Below are positions 60,104 to 64,000 of a stretch of DNA of 64,000 nt, piece after piece. Both the position numbers and the translations under genes were made by a program. Source of the DNA: the human T2T-CHM13v2.0 reference genome, Homo sapiens. Location: the NCBI RefSeq assembly GCF_009914755.1, contig NC_060941.1; one strand, 5' to 3'. The first letter of the stretch is position 1; each line of letters begins with the position of its first letter. The notes beneath the pieces were generated by a model. It saw only the letters and a program-made list of their open reading frames with translations. It had not been told where the DNA came from and ran no database searches.

Positions 60104-62820
60104 CTTTGACTGAAGATGACCTGTTTCGAATCCCTGCCACATCTAAGCAGTGTGAGGTTTGGGACAAATGAATCCCTCTCAACCTGTTTCCTACCAAGTG
60201 GAGACAGTCACCAAGGTGCAGGTGTCTGCAGGGAGGAGCTCTCCTTGGAAGATGCCATCCTGCCTGGGCACTCTGGTAGTGCCTGGCAGTGCCAGTCCAC
60301 TTGCTGGTTCTGAGCCTCGTCTTCCCTGCCCCGGGGCAGAGCCTTCTCTGGAATGACAGACATCAGTCTCAGGTGTCTCGGGAAGCTTGGAGAGCTTGGG
60401 AAGGGCTCCAGGTAGAGAAGGGTGTCATGTTCAGGGGCTGAGCTCTTGCCACCAGCATCCCCTCAGTGTGAGCTTAATACCAGCTCCCAGCTAGAAGCTT
60501 GGAGACAACAGGCGGGGTATTACCAGGTGTGTGGACTCATCCTGGTTCCAAAGGTGGGTGGAGTTTGCTGCCTGGGGGCCACAGCGTGTGTTCTGGGCAG
60601 ACACAGGCTCCCTCCTGCAGCGGCCACAGTGCATGGACAGTTTTCTGGCAGGTCAAAGCCAGGCTGCGCATCCGGTGCTGCAGGAGCCCCCAGTGGGTCA
60701 TGGCATTAGGTTCCCTCCCAGGTGGCACCTTCCCCCACATGCCTCCCACGCACGGGCTCCTATGAGCCGCACTCTGCCTGATAGGAAGTTTCTGACGTTC
60801 CTTTTTCACCATCAAGGGGTTAGGGAGAAGATGCTCATTTTGTTGCCTCCCAGAGCTCCGGTAAAGATAGGTTACAAACCTCAGGTCCCTAACTAAGAAA
60901 TTGAGCATGTCATTTACGTAGGGGTACGGGGTATTCAGAGGAGGTGGTTCAGAAAAGGAAGTATATGGGTTTTTCTTGGCTCTGTTTCCACTTGCCTTGA
61001 AAAGGGGGAAGCAGAGGTTTGAGGAAGGGACCTGGGGAGGTTTTCGGCTGTCAAACATTCAAAGACGGTCCTTCAGCCAGTGTTTGGGGAGTAACAGCAA
61101 ACCCAAGAACTGCCTTCCAGACGCCTCTGGTTGTCTCCTCACTGACAGGGCTGAGCCTCAGAGCAGCCTCCCCCAGGCTCCTCAGGAGTCGTGAGCGGTG
61201 CCACAGTGGCTCTGGACTGTCCCTCCCGTGCTGTCCAGCTCTCCCTGTCTTTCTCGGAGCCCGCACAGGGGAGTCCAGGCAGCTCTCGTCCCATGCAGCC
61301 TGCGTCACAGCTGCCATGGGATGGCCAGACTCCTGGAGCGGGTGCTGCTTCGGTTCTGTGCGGGAAGCTCTCACGCAGCCCCTTCATGCCGCCTCTTTCC
61401 CAGCCACAGGCTAACATCGCATCCTGGGAGGTGGTGTTCTGGACCTGCAATAGCTCAGGCAGGCGGTGGACCAGGGCTGCTTGAGAGCCCTGGCCCCCCA
61501 GGTCCAAGGGGGCAACGTTGCATAAAAGAGAGCATCCATCCACCTTTCCCCTGGTTTCTTTCTCCCTGAAATCATTCTTCCAGGTTCCCCAGCATCAGAG
61601 TCGAATAACATTTTCACAAGTATCTGAGCAGAGGTAGCGCAGGTGCCCCACTGTTGGCCAGTCTGTACCTGTACCGAGAATGTGCCCAGAGTTCATCTTT
61701 ATCTCCGCTAGCTGGGCGAAGGGACGGGTCTTTCCTCCCGACCAGCCCCTGGTTGCTGAGCTCCTGCTGCGAGGATTTGGTTTCTTTCCTCTGCTTTCTA
61801 GCTTGGTGGCCGCTTTGGAACACGCTGCTGGGACCTTCACTTTTGGCTCATGATTGCCTCTGCCTGGAGGCTCAGTGTCCTCCCGTCTTTGAGAAGAGCT
61901 GTAGATCTTCCGTCTCTCCACTCACGCATTCAGAACGAGGCTGCCAGCTTGGCGTGAGCAGCCATGGTTTTTTACTGAAGATAATGGTGACCTAGTGACA
62001 AGGTGCATAGAGCTGGCCTCTAATGCACAGGGGGCACCCACTTCTTTAGAGTCATCTAGGCATCAACCGTCAGTTCTGTCTTCGGTCATCATGTGAATCT
62101 TTCAAACTTGGAGTCTATTCAGTAGGCATCTCCCAAGGACCTTCTAGTTGAGGGGTTTGGGAAGATCAGGGGGAGCCAAGGACAAAGGGCCATGCTAACT
62201 TGTTCAAAAAGTGCGTTATGGCAGGTGTTGGGCTAACACTAATCACTGCTGCAGAGAGGGACGTGCACTGAGGGAGGCAGCCAGCCTCCGCCTGTCCTCA
62301 TCTCTCACTCTGCACCAGGTACACAGTATTTGAGAATTGGTGGGGGCAAGATTGGCACTGTCTGTCATGCTTGCGTTGGTGTCTAGAACCCGACAGCCTG
62401 TCCTGGCACAAATCCCATCCCCTCCCAGTCTCTGGGTCAGCCCATTCCTGGGCTGGTCTTCAGGAGGGGCGCTGCTCACCCTCTGCCCTGTCGAGAACAT
62501 TTTAGGAAGCTCATCCTTATATAGTTCCTTGTGAAAGTGCAATCATCCGCAGAATTCGGACGACCTCCTCTAGATGGCATGGTGCCTCTCATCACAGAGT
62601 TTTGGCAAATAAGCTGTGACAGTGGTTCATGGGATTTGGTGCACACAGGCTGCCGGCATGGTTTCTGACACGGCTCCTGCTCTCTTTCTCTGGCAGACGT
62701 CTTCCGCATGGTGAATGATCCTTTGTGTTTGGTCGGGAAGAACTTGGACTGTCTTAAAGAGCATTTGTACTGTAGTTGAACTTGAGTGGAGGTCATGGAA
62801 GTCAAATAAGAATAGTACTG

Positions 62821-63822
<1,002 letters not shown>

Positions 63823-64000
63823 TAGCATTGACTTAACATTCTTTGGTTGGAGCTCCTTGCTTGGCTTCAGGAGTGCTGCGTTCCCCCACCGAGATGTTTG
63901 GACAGGAGTGATGACTTGGTGTGTGCTGACACAGGGGGTCAGGAAGCCACGCTCATGTCTGTTGAGTGTCTTCTGTGCACACGCAGCATGCTTTGAGGGG

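Noticed and set aside
61822-61846. ACGCTGCTGGGACCTTCACTTTT resembles the next TMEM104 exon (LLGPFTFF, recalled)
   Set aside because: Needs a frameshift, has no flanking homology or acceptor; the real exon lies beyond the window.
62567-62579. Secondary CTCF-like motifs (CCTCTAGATGGCA here; CCTGCAGATGGTG at 12392)
   Set aside because: Core-only matches with weak flanks, too frequent by chance to call without ChIP data.

Overview
This is human genomic DNA. The dense Alu content and an AluYb8 copy support this, and the locus is recognisable as 17q25.1 SLC9A3R1(NHERF1/EBP50)-NAT9-TMEM104. I rebuilt all reading frames by hand from GT-AG junctions. SLC9A3R1 is complete on + (6 coding exons, 725-20531, 1077 nt, 358 aa: PDZ1, PDZ2, ERM-binding tail ending FSNL), with MIR3615 at its transcription start. 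NAT9 is complete on - (6 coding exons, 27588-23599, 207/206 aa GNAT acetyltransferase) and converges tail-to-tail with SLC9A3R1 across about 1.2 kb that holds a RUNX site. TMEM104 (SLC38-family transporter) is on +, shares a bidirectional CpG promoter with NAT9, and has its first 212 codons here (29221-47407); the rest of the window is one long TMEM104 intron. The remainder is about 30 Alus plus MIR/L1/MER/Tigger relics and short tandem repeats. Almost all ORFs in the supplied track are GC-rich or Alu noise. I see no convincing new gene or prokaryote-style system. The best leads are: a 32-bp VNTR carrying nuclear-receptor half-sites next to a strong CTCF motif; a three-Alu array with a ~60-bp duplicated flank; a TSD-less truncated AluYb8; a textbook cryptic 3' splice site with an immediate stop in TMEM104; several NAGNAG acceptors including a rare GAG acceptor; and non-canonical poly(A) signals on both convergent genes. 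Gene names, rsIDs and repeat family names are from recall and need database confirmation; repeat boundaries are approximate.
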